Shown here: positions 33,895 to 44,030 of the stretch, piece after piece | How the letters are laid out: the number at the start of each line of letters is the position of its first letter | How positions within the stretch are numbered: the first letter of the stretch is position 1 | NCBI GenBank assembly: GCA_963748015.1 | Contig: CAVVHE010000008.1 | Location: 96,001 to 160,000 of the forward strand | Reading direction: 5' to 3' | Length of the DNA: 64,000 bases | Source of the DNA: Terriglobia bacterium | Lineage (GTDB): Bacteria > Acidobacteriota > Polarisedimenticolia > Polarisedimenticolales > JAIQFR01 | The notes under the pieces: generated by a model | Told to the model about the DNA's origin: nothing | Database searches by the model: none | Seen by the model: the letters and a program-made list of their open reading frames with translations, nothing else | Translations under genes and position numbers: made by a program

Positions 33895-34851
33895 GACCTT
33901 ATCCGGTCCGGACCCCGGCCGCGTCACCACCCCGCTCCCCACGATCTCGACCGGCGTCCCGTCCGGAAGGAGGTCGTACAGCTCCCGGATGTCCGGGTTG
34001 AACAGCGCGACGCACCCCGCGGTCCAGTCGTGGTACTCGCGCATCGCGCCCGGATCGGCATCTCCCTCGACGAGATCGGTGCGGGGAGCGCTTCGCTTTC
34101 CGCGAGACGACGGATGGGAGGAGCGCGTCAGAGAGCGCTGCTGGCCGTGGAGCATGAGGAGTCCGCCGAGGCGGGTGTCCTGGGGCGGGCACTCGCCGCG
34201 CTCGAGCGCCCCGGCGATCGCCGCACGCTGCGCCTCGCCGATCCGCTTCTCCTTCTTGCCCCGCTCGGCATCGGAGAGGTTCGGGTAGTTGAGCCAGAGT
34301 CCCCGGTGGTACTTCGACGGCCGGTGGGCGCAGATCGCGTAGTCCCCCTCGGGGGTGCGCTGGTCGCGGCGGCGGATCTTCGTTCCCGTGGACCGCTGGC
34401 TGAGCTGGATCCGGTAGGCCTTGACCATCGTCTCGCCGACCCACAGCTCGCAGCGGCGCGCTTCCTTGATCACCAGGAGGCGCGCTCCCTCGATCTTCCC
34501 GCCGGGACCGACGGGAATCCCCTTGCCGACGAGGACCTCCCGAAGCGGCCTCTCCGGCCCGAAGAGCGCCGGGTCGTACCGCGCGTAAGAGAGTCCCCAC
34601 GGGCCGATGTAGTGTGCGTCGGGGGACGACGCGCGCGCCGGGGCCGCGAGGAGCACGGCAGCGAGGAAGAGCTGCAGGCCGAGAACGCCAAGAAGCTGGG
34701 GTCGGACATTACAGACGTAACACCTCGCCACCCGGCCGGCACGTCGCCGGCTCGAACGAGGTGTTACGGCTGTAATGTCTGACCCCGTACCATTCAACCT
34801 CACGGCTGTAATGTCCGACCCCGTACCCTTCAGAAGGGCGAGATGCCGCAT
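33871..34851 (-). CDS. L,D-transpeptidase family (YkuD-like) protein
   Basis: DQRTPEGDY, LNYPN, LMLHG, DWTAGCVAL, GTPVEI. The probable ATG at 34851 overlaps the upstream TGA. Confidence 0.85.
   Translation of the reverse strand: MRHLALLKGTGSDITAVRLNGTGSDITAVTPRSSRRRAGRVARCYVCNVRPQLLGVLGLQLFLAAVLLAAPARASSPDAHYIGPWGLSYARYDPALFGPERPLREVLVGKGIPVGPGGKIEGARLLVIKEARRCELWVGETMVKAYRIQLSQRSTGTKIRRRDQRTPEGDYAICAHRPSKYHRGLWLNYPNLSDAERGKKEKRIGEAQRAAIAGALERGECPPQDTRLGGLLMLHGQQRSLTRSSHPSSRGKRSAPRTDLVEGDADPGAMREYHDWTAGCVALFNPDIRELYDLLPDGTPVEIVGSGVVTRPGSGPDKVRGQTLQP
34695..34827. repeat. REP-like palindromic doublet, copy 2, plus an extra tandem arm (34802-34827)
   Basis: About 10 differences from copy 1 over ~95 bp (hand alignment), same orientation. 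Confidence 0.9.
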
Positions 34852-36158
34852 CACTTCCAAACGATCGCGTCGTACACGATCTCGACCACCGAGCGGATCT
34901 CGACGTCGAGCTCGTTCACCCGCGCGAGCTCGATCAGCTGGTCGGCGCAATTGTGGCAGGGGCAGGCGACGACGCGCGCTCCGGTCTCGCGGATCTGCGC
35001 CGCCTTGACGCTTCCGCTCGCCACGCGCCGCTCGCCGTACTCCTCCATCGAGAGCAGCCCGCCGCCCCCGCCGCAGCAGAAGTTGTGCTCCCGGTTCGGC
35101 GTCATCTCGACGAAGCTCGCCACGACCTGCCGAAGAATCGCCCGCTGCGGCTCGACGATGCCGCCCCAGCGCACCAGGTTGCACGGGTCGTGGAGGGTCA
35201 CCGGCAGGGCGTTCCTCGACGGGTCCACGCGGAAACGGCCGGCGGCGAGGTACTCCTCGAGCAGCTCCAGCACGCTCCGGACCCGCACGGGGTAGGGGTG
35301 GCCCAGCCATTCCGGTCCTTCCCAGCGGAACGACCGGAAGCCGTGGCCGCATTCGGAAAGCACGATCTCGGTGGCGCCGAGGCGCTTCGCCTCCTCCAGC
35401 GCGCGCCGGGTCAGCTCGGCGGCCGCCGGGTCGTCCGCGGCGAAGTAGCCGTAGTTCGTGACGTCCGAGGCCCGGCTCGAGAGGGTCCAGCTCTCGCCCG
35501 CCGCGTGAAAGACCCCGGCGGCGGCCTGGAGGGAGAGCGGGAAGAACTTCACCTCGCGAGGGTTTACGAGGTAGAGCACGCGGCTCCCGGCCTCGTCCAC
35601 GCGAACGCGCGCTCTTGGATCGCCGGTCTCCCGGGCCAGCTCTTCGGAGAGCCAGCCGGCGGTCTCGACGATCTCCTCCGGCTTGATGGACATCTGGTTG
35701 CCGTCGCGAAGCTGCGCGTCCACGATGCGGCGCAGCCCGCCGGGGGTGAGACCGGCGGCGGCGAGCACGGTCCTCGCGGCGCGCATGACCGCGCCGACGT
35801 CGAGGCCGACCGTGCAGTGGAGCGCGCACCGGCCGCACCCGGTGCAGCGGCCGAAAACCGCGTCCGTGAGCTCCTCGAGCGTCTCGGTGGTCACGTCCCG
35901 CGCGCGGGAGAGCCACGGAGCGTGCCGCCCGAGGAACGTGCGGCGCCCGCGAATCAACGAGGCGAGCTTCTCCACCTTCGCGGCCGGGAGGTTCGCGGGA
36001 ACGGGCTCCGCGAGGTAGACGTGGCAGCTCTGCCCGCACAGCCCGCACCGGACACACGCCTTCGCGTGCAGCGCGGCGCGCCCTCCCGCTGCGCGGTCGA
36101 GGGCGGCGAGGGCGGCGTCGAGGTCCGCTCGGACCGCGCCGTCAGGAGCGTCGGCCAT
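34851..36158 (-). CDS. DsrK/HdrD/TmcB-like Fe-S oxidoreductase with CCG domain
   Basis: CVRCGLCGQSC, CTGCGRCALHC, ECGHG, HDPC, NFCCGGGGG, CPCHNC. Confidence 0.88.
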   Translation of the reverse strand: MADAPDGAVRADLDAALAALDRAAGGRAALHAKACVRCGLCGQSCHVYLAEPVPANLPAAKVEKLASLIRGRRTFLGRHAPWLSRARDVTTETLEELTDAVFGRCTGCGRCALHCTVGLDVGAVMRAARTVLAAAGLTPGGLRRIVDAQLRDGNQMSIKPEEIVETAGWLSEELARETGDPRARVRVDEAGSRVLYLVNPREVKFFPLSLQAAAGVFHAAGESWTLSSRASDVTNYGYFAADDPAAAELTRRALEEAKRLGATEIVLSECGHGFRSFRWEGPEWLGHPYPVRVRSVLELLEEYLAAGRFRVDPSRNALPVTLHDPCNLVRWGGIVEPQRAILRQVVASFVEMTPNREHNFCCGGGGGLLSMEEYGERRVASGSVKAAQIRETGARVVACPCHNCADQLIELARVNELDVEIRSVVEIVYDAIVWK

Positions 36159-36783
36159 CGTTCCCTCCGCGGGGCGGGTACACGCCGCGAAGCCCCAGCC
36201 GCGCCGAAAGGTCGGCGCGGGCGAGGTAGAAGAAGACCGCGTGGCGCAGCTTCCCGAGAGGGACGTAGAAGAGGACGAGAGCCGCGACGATCCGCAGGCC
36301 GGCGCCGGGAAGGAGGCCGATCCAGAAGGCGACGGCGGACGCGAGGAGCGCGCCGATCGCCAGGTTCGCGACGTAGTCGTCCGGCGGGCTGATCTCCCTC
36401 AGGTCCGCGCTCGCGACGCGCTTCGCCAGGAGGAACAGCCCCGCGGCCAGCCCCGTCCCGGTCGCCGCCGCCAGTGCGATGCCTCCTGCCGGGAACGCCG
36501 CGGGTGCCGCGAGCATCGACGCCAGGACACTCAGGAAGGACGCCGCGATCCCGAGGTGCAGCAGCACTCCCGCGGCGAACGAGAGAGGGTGCCTCGAGAC
36601 CGACTCCTTCCGCGAGGGGAGCATGGCGCCCGTGAAGCCGTATAGGATCCCGCGCGAAGCGGCGCCGGCCGCGGGGGCGTGAAGCTCGGGGAGGCCGGCG
36701 CGGGCGGCGCGCGCCTGGACCGCGAGCGCTCCCACAGCCCACACGGCCGAAACCGCGAGCAGGATCTCCGAGTACCGCGTCAT
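36142..36783 (-). CDS. NarI/DsrM-like membrane subunit (putative cytochrome b)
   Basis: About 5 TM helices; LLHLG and PLGKLRH His motifs; lies between the dsrC-like and dsrK-like genes. Confidence 0.65.
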   Translation of the reverse strand: MTRYSEILLAVSAVWAVGALAVQARAARAGLPELHAPAAGAASRGILYGFTGAMLPSRKESVSRHPLSFAAGVLLHLGIAASFLSVLASMLAAPAAFPAGGIALAAATGTGLAAGLFLLAKRVASADLREISPPDDYVANLAIGALLASAVAFWIGLLPGAGLRIVAALVLFYVPLGKLRHAVFFYLARADLSARLGLRGVYPPRGGNDGRRS

Positions 36784-36793
36784 GACCGCGGTC

Positions 36794-37102
36794 TTACACG
36801 CAGCCGTCGGGCTTCGGGAGACCCGCGATCCGGCAGGCCCCCTTGGCCGGGCCGGACCGGAACAGCTTGTACATGTCCCGGACGCCGAGGCCGGTCTGCT
36901 GGCACAGGAGGCGCACCGGGGGAGCGAGATCGTGCTCCTTCCAGTACGTCCGTATGAACTTCACGACCGCCCAGTGGGAGTCGCTCATCTCGGCGATCCC
37001 TTCCTCGCGGGCGATCGTCGCCGCCACCGCATCGTTCCACCTCTCCGGCTGCTGCAGGAAGCCGTTGCCGTCGAGAGGGATCTCTTCGTCGCCTACTTTC
37101 AT
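36794..37102 (-). CDS. TusE/DsrC family sulfur-relay protein, two-Cys (CX10C) type
   Basis: LDGNGFL...HWAVVKFIR...[19 protein letters not shown]. Confidence 0.92.
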   Translation of the reverse strand: MKVGDEEIPLDGNGFLQQPERWNDAVAATIAREEGIAEMSDSHWAVVKFIRTYWKEHDLAPPVRLLCQQTGLGVRDMYKLFRSGPAKGACRIAGLPKPDGCV

Positions 37103-37239
37103 GTCCGCCGCCCTTTACGCGAGAGTTCGTTGTCAGGGTGCTTCATTGTACGATGGGGCGGCCCGGTGCCGCGAACCGTCCCCCCCGAGCACGTACGCGA
37201 GAGGTTGACGACGCGCCTCACGAGGGCGAGGAGGGATTC

Positions 37240-37677
37240 ATGCTCAAGGAGTTCAAGGAATTCGCGATGAAGGGGAACGTGGTGGACATGGCCGTCGGCA
37301 TCATCATCGGCGCCGCGTTCGGCAAGATCATCTCGTCGATGGTCAGCGACATCCTGATGCCGCCGATCGGTGTGCTGCTGGGAAAGGTGGATTTCTCGAA
37401 CCTGTTCTTCGATCTCTCGGGCCAGGCGCACGCGTCCGTGGCGGCGGCCAAGGCGGCCGGCGCCGCGACGATCAACTACGGCCTGTTCATCAACACCGTG
37501 ATCGACTTCGTGATCGTCGCCTTCGTGATCTTCATGATCGTCAAGCAGATGAACCGGCTCAAGAAGGAAGCCCCTCCGGCGGCGCCCAACACGAAGGACT
37601 GCGCCTACTGCCTCTCCGCGATCCCGCTCAAGGCGACGCGGTGCCCGCACTGCACGTCGGAGATCAAGGCTGCGTAA
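37240..37677 (+). CDS. mscL: Large-conductance mechanosensitive channel with C-terminal zinc ribbon
   Basis: [31 protein letters not shown]...CPHC tail. Confidence 0.96.
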   Translation: MLKEFKEFAMKGNVVDMAVGIIIGAAFGKIISSMVSDILMPPIGVLLGKVDFSNLFFDLSGQAHASVAAAKAAGAATINYGLFINTVIDFVIVAFVIFMIVKQMNRLKKEAPPAAPNTKDCAYCLSAIPLKATRCPHCTSEIKAA

Positions 37678-37751
37678 TCGTGCCCAGGTGATCGACCGCT
37701 AGCGATCTCAAGGCACCGAATACCCACGCGCAATCCCGTCGCCTTCATCGG

Positions 37752-37902
37752 CGGCGCGGTCCGTCCGGGTCTCCTCCTCGGTGCACGCTCGCCCGATCGC
37801 GTTCTTCCGCGCGGGCTCGCTCGGGTTTCGGCGCGCCTGCTCGAGGAAGAGCAGGCGCGCCGAAACACGGCCCCGAGGAGGAGACCCGGACGGACCACGC
37901 CG
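37752..37902 (+). repeat. Structured intergenic element, copy E3
   Basis: 24-bp perfect inverted repeat (37758-37781 / 37873-37896) enclosing the shared core. Confidence 0.85.
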
Positions 37903-37954
37903 GACCCACGCGCGGATCCTCCCTGAGCCGGTATCCCGGAGGTTCCCAGCCGCG

Positions 37955-40240
37955 TCAGCGCTCGAGGTTCGCGCGGCGAAGGCGCAGGCTGTTGGTCACC
38001 ACCGAAACGCTCGACAGCGCCATCGCCGCGGAGGCGAGCACGGGCGAGAGGAGCCAGCCGGTCCACGGATACAGCACGCCCGCGGCGATCGGGATGCCGA
38101 GGGTGTTGTAGCCGAACGCCCAGAAGAGGTTCTGGCGGATCGTCGCGAGCGCGCGGCGCGAGAGGCGGATCGAGCGGACGACGCCGCGGAGGTCGGCGCC
38201 GACGAGCGTGACGTCGGAAGCGGCGATGGCCACGTCGGTTCCGGTTCCGATGGCGATGCCGAGATCGGCGCTGGCGAGAGCCGGCGCGTCGTTGATCCCG
38301 TCGCCTACCATCGCCACTTTCCGCCCCGCGGACTTGAGCGCCATCACCTCCGCGGCCTTGCGGTCGGGCAGGACCTCCGCGATCACCGTCGCGATGCCGA
38401 CCTCGCGAGCCACGGCCTCGGCCGTCGCCCGGTGGTCTCCCGTGAGCAGGATCACGTCGAGCCCGAGCGACTTCATCTCCGCGATCGCTTCGGCGGCGCC
38501 CTCGCGAACCGGGTCCGCGATGCCGAGGATTCCCACGAGCTTCCCGTCCGCGGCGACCAGGACGGGGGTTCGGCCTCGGGCCGCGAGGTCCGCGGCGTGG
38601 TCGACGAACGCGTCGGGGGCTACCCCTTCCTCGTCGAGGAAACGACGGCTGCCGAGCACGAGGCGCCTCCCCTCGACGCGCGCGACGATCCCGCGTCCCG
38701 GTTTCGCCTCGAAGCCGGAGAACGGAGCGAGCGGAAGGCCTCGACGCCTCGCCTCGTTCACGATCGCTTCGCCGAGAGGGTGCTCCGACCCGGCTTCCGC
38801 GGACGCAGCGAGCCGCAACAGCTCGTCCTCTGAAACGCCTCCCGGCGCGGGTAGCGCGTCGGTCACGGCGGGGGAGCCGACGGTCACCGTGCCGGTCTTG
38901 TCGAGCACGACCGTGTCGATGCCCCCGGCGGCCTCGAGCGCCTCCCCGCCCTTGACCAGGATCCCCGCCTCGGCGCCGCGCCCCGTCGCGACCAGGATCG
39001 CGGTGGGGGTCGCGAGCCCCATCGCGCACGGGCAGGCGATGATGAGCACCGCAACCGCGTTGACCAGCGCCATGGAGAGCCTCGTCGCCTCGGGCGCGGC
39101 GAGGTACCACGCGAGGAACGTCGCGATCGCGACGACGAGCACCGCGGGCACGAACACCGCGCTCACGCGGTCCGCGAGGCGCTGGATCGGCGCTCGCGAC
39201 CCCTGCGCCTCCTCGACCATCCGGATGATCTGCTGCAGGACCGTGTCCTTCCCGACCCGCGTGACGCGGAAGCGGAACGCTCCGGTGCGGTTCATCGTGC
39301 CGCCGGTCACCGCGGCGCCCGGTCCCTTCTCGACCGGGACGCTCTCGCCGGTGAGCATGGACTCGTCGACCCGAGAGCCGCCCTCGATCACCTCGCCGTC
39401 CACCGCGACTCGCTCGCCGGGGCGGACGGCGACCACGTCTCCGACCGCGACGAGGTCCAGGGAGATCTCGACCTCCTCGCCGCCGCGCAGCACGCGGGCG
39501 CTCTTCGCCTGGAGTCGCGCGAGCTTCCGGATCGCCGCCGAGGTGCGGGACCGCGCCCGGGTCTCGAGGAGCTTGCCGAGGAGGACGAGCGCGATGATGC
39601 CGGCGACCGCCTCGTAGTACACCGGCGGGGCGGCGTGTCCCTCGCGTTCCGGAGCGACGAGCCCCGGTGCCAGGGTTGCCGCCAGCGAGTACAGCAGCGC
39701 CGCGCCGGTGCCGAGGGCGATCAGCGTGTTCATGTCCGCGGTGCGGTGGCGGAGGGCCGCCCACGCTCGCGCGTAGTAGGGGCGCCCGCTGTAGAGCACG
39801 ATCGGCAGCGTCAGCGCGAGCTCGATCCAGTTCGCACCGGGCACGCCGAGCGCCCCGTGGGACATCCCGAGGACCAGCACCGGCAGACCCAGTGCCGTGG
39901 CCACCGCGAACCGGCGCCGGGCGTCCCTGGTTTCCCGCGCCCGGGCCGCCGCCTCGGGGTCCGGCGCCTCGCTCGAGGCGTCTTCCGGCGCGGGGAGCAC
40001 CAGCTCGTACCCCGCGTTCTTGACGGAGGCGGCGAGCTGCTCGACGCCTACCGAGCCCGGGTCGAACACCACGGTGGCACGGTTCGTCGCGAGGTTGACG
40101 GTCGCCGAGCGCACGCCGGGGGCCTCCGCGAGCGCGCGCTCCACGTGGCGCACGCACGCGGCGCAGCTCATCCCCAGCACGGGCAGGTCGAGCCGTTTCA
40201 CCGCGCCGGCGCCCGGGTCGTCGCGCGTCCTATAGGTCAT
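37955..40240 (-). CDS. copA: Cu(+)-type P1B ATPase
   Basis: HMA domain GMSCAAC, TGES, CPC, DKTGT, SEHP, GDGIND, YN and MALSS motifs. Confidence 0.93.
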   Translation of the reverse strand: MTYRTRDDPGAGAVKRLDLPVLGMSCAACVRHVERALAEAPGVRSATVNLATNRATVVFDPGSVGVEQLAASVKNAGYELVLPAPEDASSEAPDPEAAARARETRDARRRFAVATALGLPVLVLGMSHGALGVPGANWIELALTLPIVLYSGRPYYARAWAALRHRTADMNTLIALGTGAALLYSLAATLAPGLVAPEREGHAAPPVYYEAVAGIIALVLLGKLLETRARSRTSAAIRKLARLQAKSARVLRGGEEVEISLDLVAVGDVVAVRPGERVAVDGEVIEGGSRVDESMLTGESVPVEKGPGAAVTGGTMNRTGAFRFRVTRVGKDTVLQQIIRMVEEAQGSRAPIQRLADRVSAVFVPAVLVVAIATFLAWYLAAPEATRLSMALVNAVAVLIIACPCAMGLATPTAILVATGRGAEAGILVKGGEALEAAGGIDTVVLDKTGTVTVGSPAVTDALPAPGGVSEDELLRLAASAEAGSEHPLGEAIVNEARRRGLPLAPFSGFEAKPGRGIVARVEGRRLVLGSRRFLDEEGVAPDAFVDHAADLAARGRTPVLVAADGKLVGILGIADPVREGAAEAIAEMKSLGLDVILLTGDHRATAEAVAREVGIATVIAEVLPDRKAAEVMALKSAGRKVAMVGDGINDAPALASADLGIAIGTGTDVAIAASDVTLVGADLRGVVRSIRLSRRALATIRQNLFWAFGYNTLGIPIAAGVLYPWTGWLLSPVLASAAMALSSVSVVTNSLRLRRANLER

Positions 40241-40281
40241 TCGAACCCCATCGCTCGCTTGCAGCATTGCACCCTGCGAGC

Positions 40282-40427
40282 GGGACGGCAACCGCGGAGA
40301 GGGACAGCCACCGCCGGGCGGAGGGAAAGCAACCTTCCAGGCCGACGATCATTGTTCGCAGGGAGCCGCCTCGCTTCGCTGCTTGCGGTTGCTGTCCCTT
40401 TTCCGCCCGCGGTAGCTGTCCTTCTCC
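40282..40427. repeat. Cluster of five 14-mers (three forward, two inverted) forming a long imperfect hairpin
   Basis: GGGACGGCAACCGC, GGGACAGCCACCGC, GGGAAAGCAACCTT, then inverted GCGGTTGCTGTCCC and GCGGTAGCTGTCCT. Confidence 0.75.
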
Positions 40428-40481
40428 GGCCTCGATACAATGCCGCGCGCCGCCGAGGCGGCACAGAACGAGGAGCTTTCC

Positions 40482-43082
40482 GTGTCGAATGTCTACGTCC
40501 CGCGCGAGATCGAGCGCCGCTGGCAGGCGTACTGGCTCGAGAGCAAGACGTTCGCGGCGGAGAACCCGGGCCGGCCCGGCTTCGACCCGTCGCGGCCGAA
40601 GTACTACGTGCTCGACATGTTCCCGTACCCCTCCGGGGCGGGGCTGCACGTGGGCCACCCCGTCGGCTACATCGGGAGCGACGTCGTCGCGCGACGGAAG
40701 CGGATGGAGGGGCACAACGTCCTCCACCCGATGGGCTGGGACGCGTTCGGCCTCCCCGCGGAGCAGTACGCGATCCAGACCGGGAAGCACCCGAAGGAGA
40801 CCACGGCGGAGAACGTGGCCAACTTCCGCCGCCAGCTGCGGCTGATCGGCCTCTCGTACGACTGGGACCGCGAGGTCGAACACCAGCGACCCGGCGTACT
40901 ACCGCTGGACGCAGTGGATCTTCACGCGCCTCTTCGACCGAGGGCTGGTCTACCGGGCCGACGTTCCCGTGTGGTGGTGCGAGGAGCTGAAGACCGTCCT
41001 CGCCAACGAGGAGGTCATCAACGGCCGCTCCGAGCGCGGCAACTTCCCGTGCGTGAGGCGGCCGCTCAAGCAGTGGATGCTGCGGATCACGGCGTACGCC
41101 GACCGGCTCGTGGACGATCTCGAGGGGCTCGACTGGCCCGAGTCGGTCAAGGCGATGCAACGGGAGTGGATCGGCCGGTCGCGCGGCGCCGAGATCGTGT
41201 TCCCCCTCGCGGGGGTGCCGGGCGAGTCCCTCACCGTGTTCACCACGCGCCCCGACACGCTGTTCGGCGCGACCTTCATGGTCATCGCGCCGGAGCACCC
41301 GCTGCTCTCGAGGATCGCGACCGAGGACCGCCGCGCCGAGGTGGAGGCGTATGCCGCCGCGGCCGCGTCGAAGTCCGACCTCGACCGGACCGATCTCGCC
41401 AAGGACAAGACCGGCGTCTTCACGGGCGGTTACGCGCTGAATCCCCTGCTGGACGCGCAGGATAGCGAGCGCGCGGATCCCGGTCTTCGTCGCGGACTAC
41501 GTGCTGATCAGCTACGGCACCGGCGCGATCATGGCGGTCCCGGGGCACGACGAGCGCGACTTCGAGTTCGCGACGAAGTACGGCCTGCCGATCGTCGAGG
41601 TGGTCCGCCCGCCCGCGGGGACGCCGGGGCTCGCCGACGGCGTCTGCTTCACGGGAGACGGGACCTCCGTGAACTCGGGTCCGATCGATGGGCTCGCCAC
41701 GCCCGCAGGCGAAAGAGAAGGTGATCCGGCTCCTCGAGGAGCGGAAGGCCGGGCGCGAGAAGACGCAGTACCGCCTGCGCGACTGGCTGTTCAGCCGGCA
41801 GCGGTACTGGGGAGAGCCGTTCCCGCTCCTCCACCTCGAGGACGGGACCGTCGTGAGGGTGCCCGACGACAAGCTTCCCGTCGAGCTTCCCGAGATGAGC
41901 GATTTCACCCCGTCGGAGGACGGCTCGCCTCCGCTCGCGCGCGCGAGGGAGTGGCTCGGGACCACGGACCCCGCGGGCGGCCGCCCCGCGCGCCGCGACA
42001 CCGACACCATGCCCGGCTGGGCCGGGTCGTGCTGGTACTGGCTGCGCTTCATGGATCCGTGGAACGGCGAAGCGCCGTTCGCCCCCGAGGCCGAGAAGTA
42101 CTGGGGGCCCGTGGACCTCTACATCGGCGGCGTGTCCCACGCGGTGCTGCACCTCCTCTACGCGCGTTTCTGGCACAAGGTCCTGTACGACGCCGGCGTC
42201 GTGAGCACGCCGGAGCCGTTCCGGCGCCTGTTCAACCAGGGGCTCCTCGTCGCGCACGCCTACCAGGACGCGACCGACCGGCTCGTGCCCGCCGACGAGG
42301 TGGACGAGCTGGACGGGAAGTTCTTCCGCAGGTCGAGCGGCGAGGAAGTCCGCCAGATCGTCGCCAACATGTCGAAGTCGCTCCGGAACGTGGTGAACCC
42401 CGACGACGTGATCGCCGAGCACGGCGCCGACGCGTTCCGCCTCTACGAGATGTTCATGGCGCCGCTCTCCGACCAGCGGTCGTGGAACCCCCGCGGGATC
42501 TCGGGCTGCCGGCGTTTCCTCGACCGCTCGTGGCGGCTCCTGGTGGACGCGGACGCAGCGGGACCCGTCCGGCCGGAGCTGGCCGCGGGCGCCGCCGCGC
42601 GCCCGCTCGCGGGGCCTGCGCTCGAGCTCGAGCGCTCGCTCAACCGGATGCTCAAGCGCGTGGACGAGTCGTTCGTCGAGTTCAACTTCAACACGGCGGT
42701 CGCCGGCATGATGACGTTCGTGAACGACGCGTCGGACCGACCGGGCGCGCTCACCCGCAGCCAGGCCGAGAGGTTCGTCTCGGCGCTCTCGCCCTTCGCC
42801 CCGCACGTCGCCGAGGAGCTCTGGCGCCGCCTCGGCCACGTCGAGTCCGTCGCCCGCGCCTCGTGGCCCAAGCCCGACCCCGCGTACCTCGAGGACGAGA
42901 CGTTCGAGCTGGTCGTCCAGGTCCTCGGCAAGATGCGCGGCAAGGTGACGGCGCCCCGCGCCGCGAGCGAGGACGACCTCAAGGCCTTGGCACTCGGCGC
43001 GGTCGAGAAGTGGCTCGAGGGCAAGACCGTCGTCAAGGCGATCGTGGTCCCCGGGAGGCTGGTCAACTTCGTCGTGCGGTGA
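40482..43082 (+). CDS. leuS: Leucine--tRNA ligase, three apparent frameshifts (~40878, ~41465, ~41703)
   Basis: [47 protein letters not shown] and NMSKS spread over four ORFs. Confidence 0.95.
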
Positions 43083-43107
43083 GGGCCGCGCGGCCGAGGT
43101 CGATCTC

Positions 43108-43836
43108 GTGGACTGGCTCTTGCGCGGTGGCTACCCCGAGCCCCGGCTCAATCCCGAAGTCGACAGGCAGCTCTGGTTCGGAAGCTATGTCCAGACGTAC
43201 CTCGAGCGGGACATCCGCGACTTGAGACAGGTTGGCGACCTGGACGCGTTCGGCCGTTTTCTCGGCCTGATCGCGACGCGGACCGGGAACCTCCTGAACC
43301 TCGCCGAGCTCGGCCGCGAAGCGGGGGTGAGCGGGCCCACGGCCAAGCAGTGGCTGTCTTTGCTCGAGGCGAGCCAGATCGTCTACCTGGTCCAGCCGTA
43401 CCACCGCAACTTCGGCAAGCGCATCCGGAAGAGCCCCAAGCTGTACCTGCTCGACACCGGCCTCGCGACCTTCCTTCTCGGGCTGCACTCACGCGAGGCG
43501 GTTCTCCAAGGCCCGAGCGCGGGAGCCCTGGTGGAGACGGCAGTCGTCTCGGAGTGGGTGAAGGCGTGCAGGAACAGGGGTGAGCAGCCCGGGCTGTACT
43601 TCTGGCGCTCGAGCGCCGGCCATGAAGTGGACCTCGTGATCGAGCACGACGGGCGGCTGCACGGCCTGGAAGTGAAGGCGACGGCGACGCCGACGCCCCA
43701 TCACGCTGAAGAGCTCGCCCGCTGGCTGGAGCTCGCCGGCCGGTCCGCGCGGGGTGCCCTGGCCTGCCGTGTCGACCGGCCCGTGTCGCTCCGACCGGGC
43801 ATCCGGGCCGTGCCGTGGCACCTTGGGTGGCTGTAG
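43108..43836 (+). pseudogene. C-terminal (DUF4143-like) part of an AAA-ATPase/DUF4143 protein; ATPase domain absent
   Basis: RGGYPE, YLERDIR, KSPKLYLLDTG, EVDLVIE, LEVK; no Walker A motif upstream. Confidence 0.7.
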
Positions 43837-44030
43837 CGCGGCCGCGCCGTCGTGCGCCCCGCCTAGCGTCGCGCCACGTGCTTCGCGCGATCGTCCAGCG
43901 GTTTCCGCGCGGTGCGTGGTAACTCGGTCATTCTCCGGCCTCGATCGCCCCTCCCGCTTGAAATGCCCACCGGCTTCGGTCAGCATAGACGGTCCGACGA
44001 CGCGGACTTTCCGCACCGAGAGGAACAACC

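Noticed and set aside
33802..34827. CRISPR array
   Set aside because: The repeats are inverted doublets separated by a gene, not regularly spaced direct repeats with unique spacers, and there are no cas genes.
37580..37677. Zinc-ribbon tail on MscL as novel
   Set aside because: To my knowledge this C-terminal CxxC-CxxC extension is common in MscL from many bacteria.
40241..40481. T-box leader for leuS or CsoR/CueR operator for copA
   Set aside because: No GGTGG-ACC T-box sequence and no recognisable operator dyad; the region is explained by the 14-mer repeat cluster.
40870..41710. Programmed ribosomal frameshifting in leuS
   Set aside because: No slippery heptamers, and three shifts in one essential gene plus many elsewhere fit sequencing error better.
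42366..42380. NMSKS instead of KMSKS in LeuRS as a functional novelty
   Set aside because: A single-base difference (AAC vs AAG) at the less critical first Lys in an error-prone sequence.
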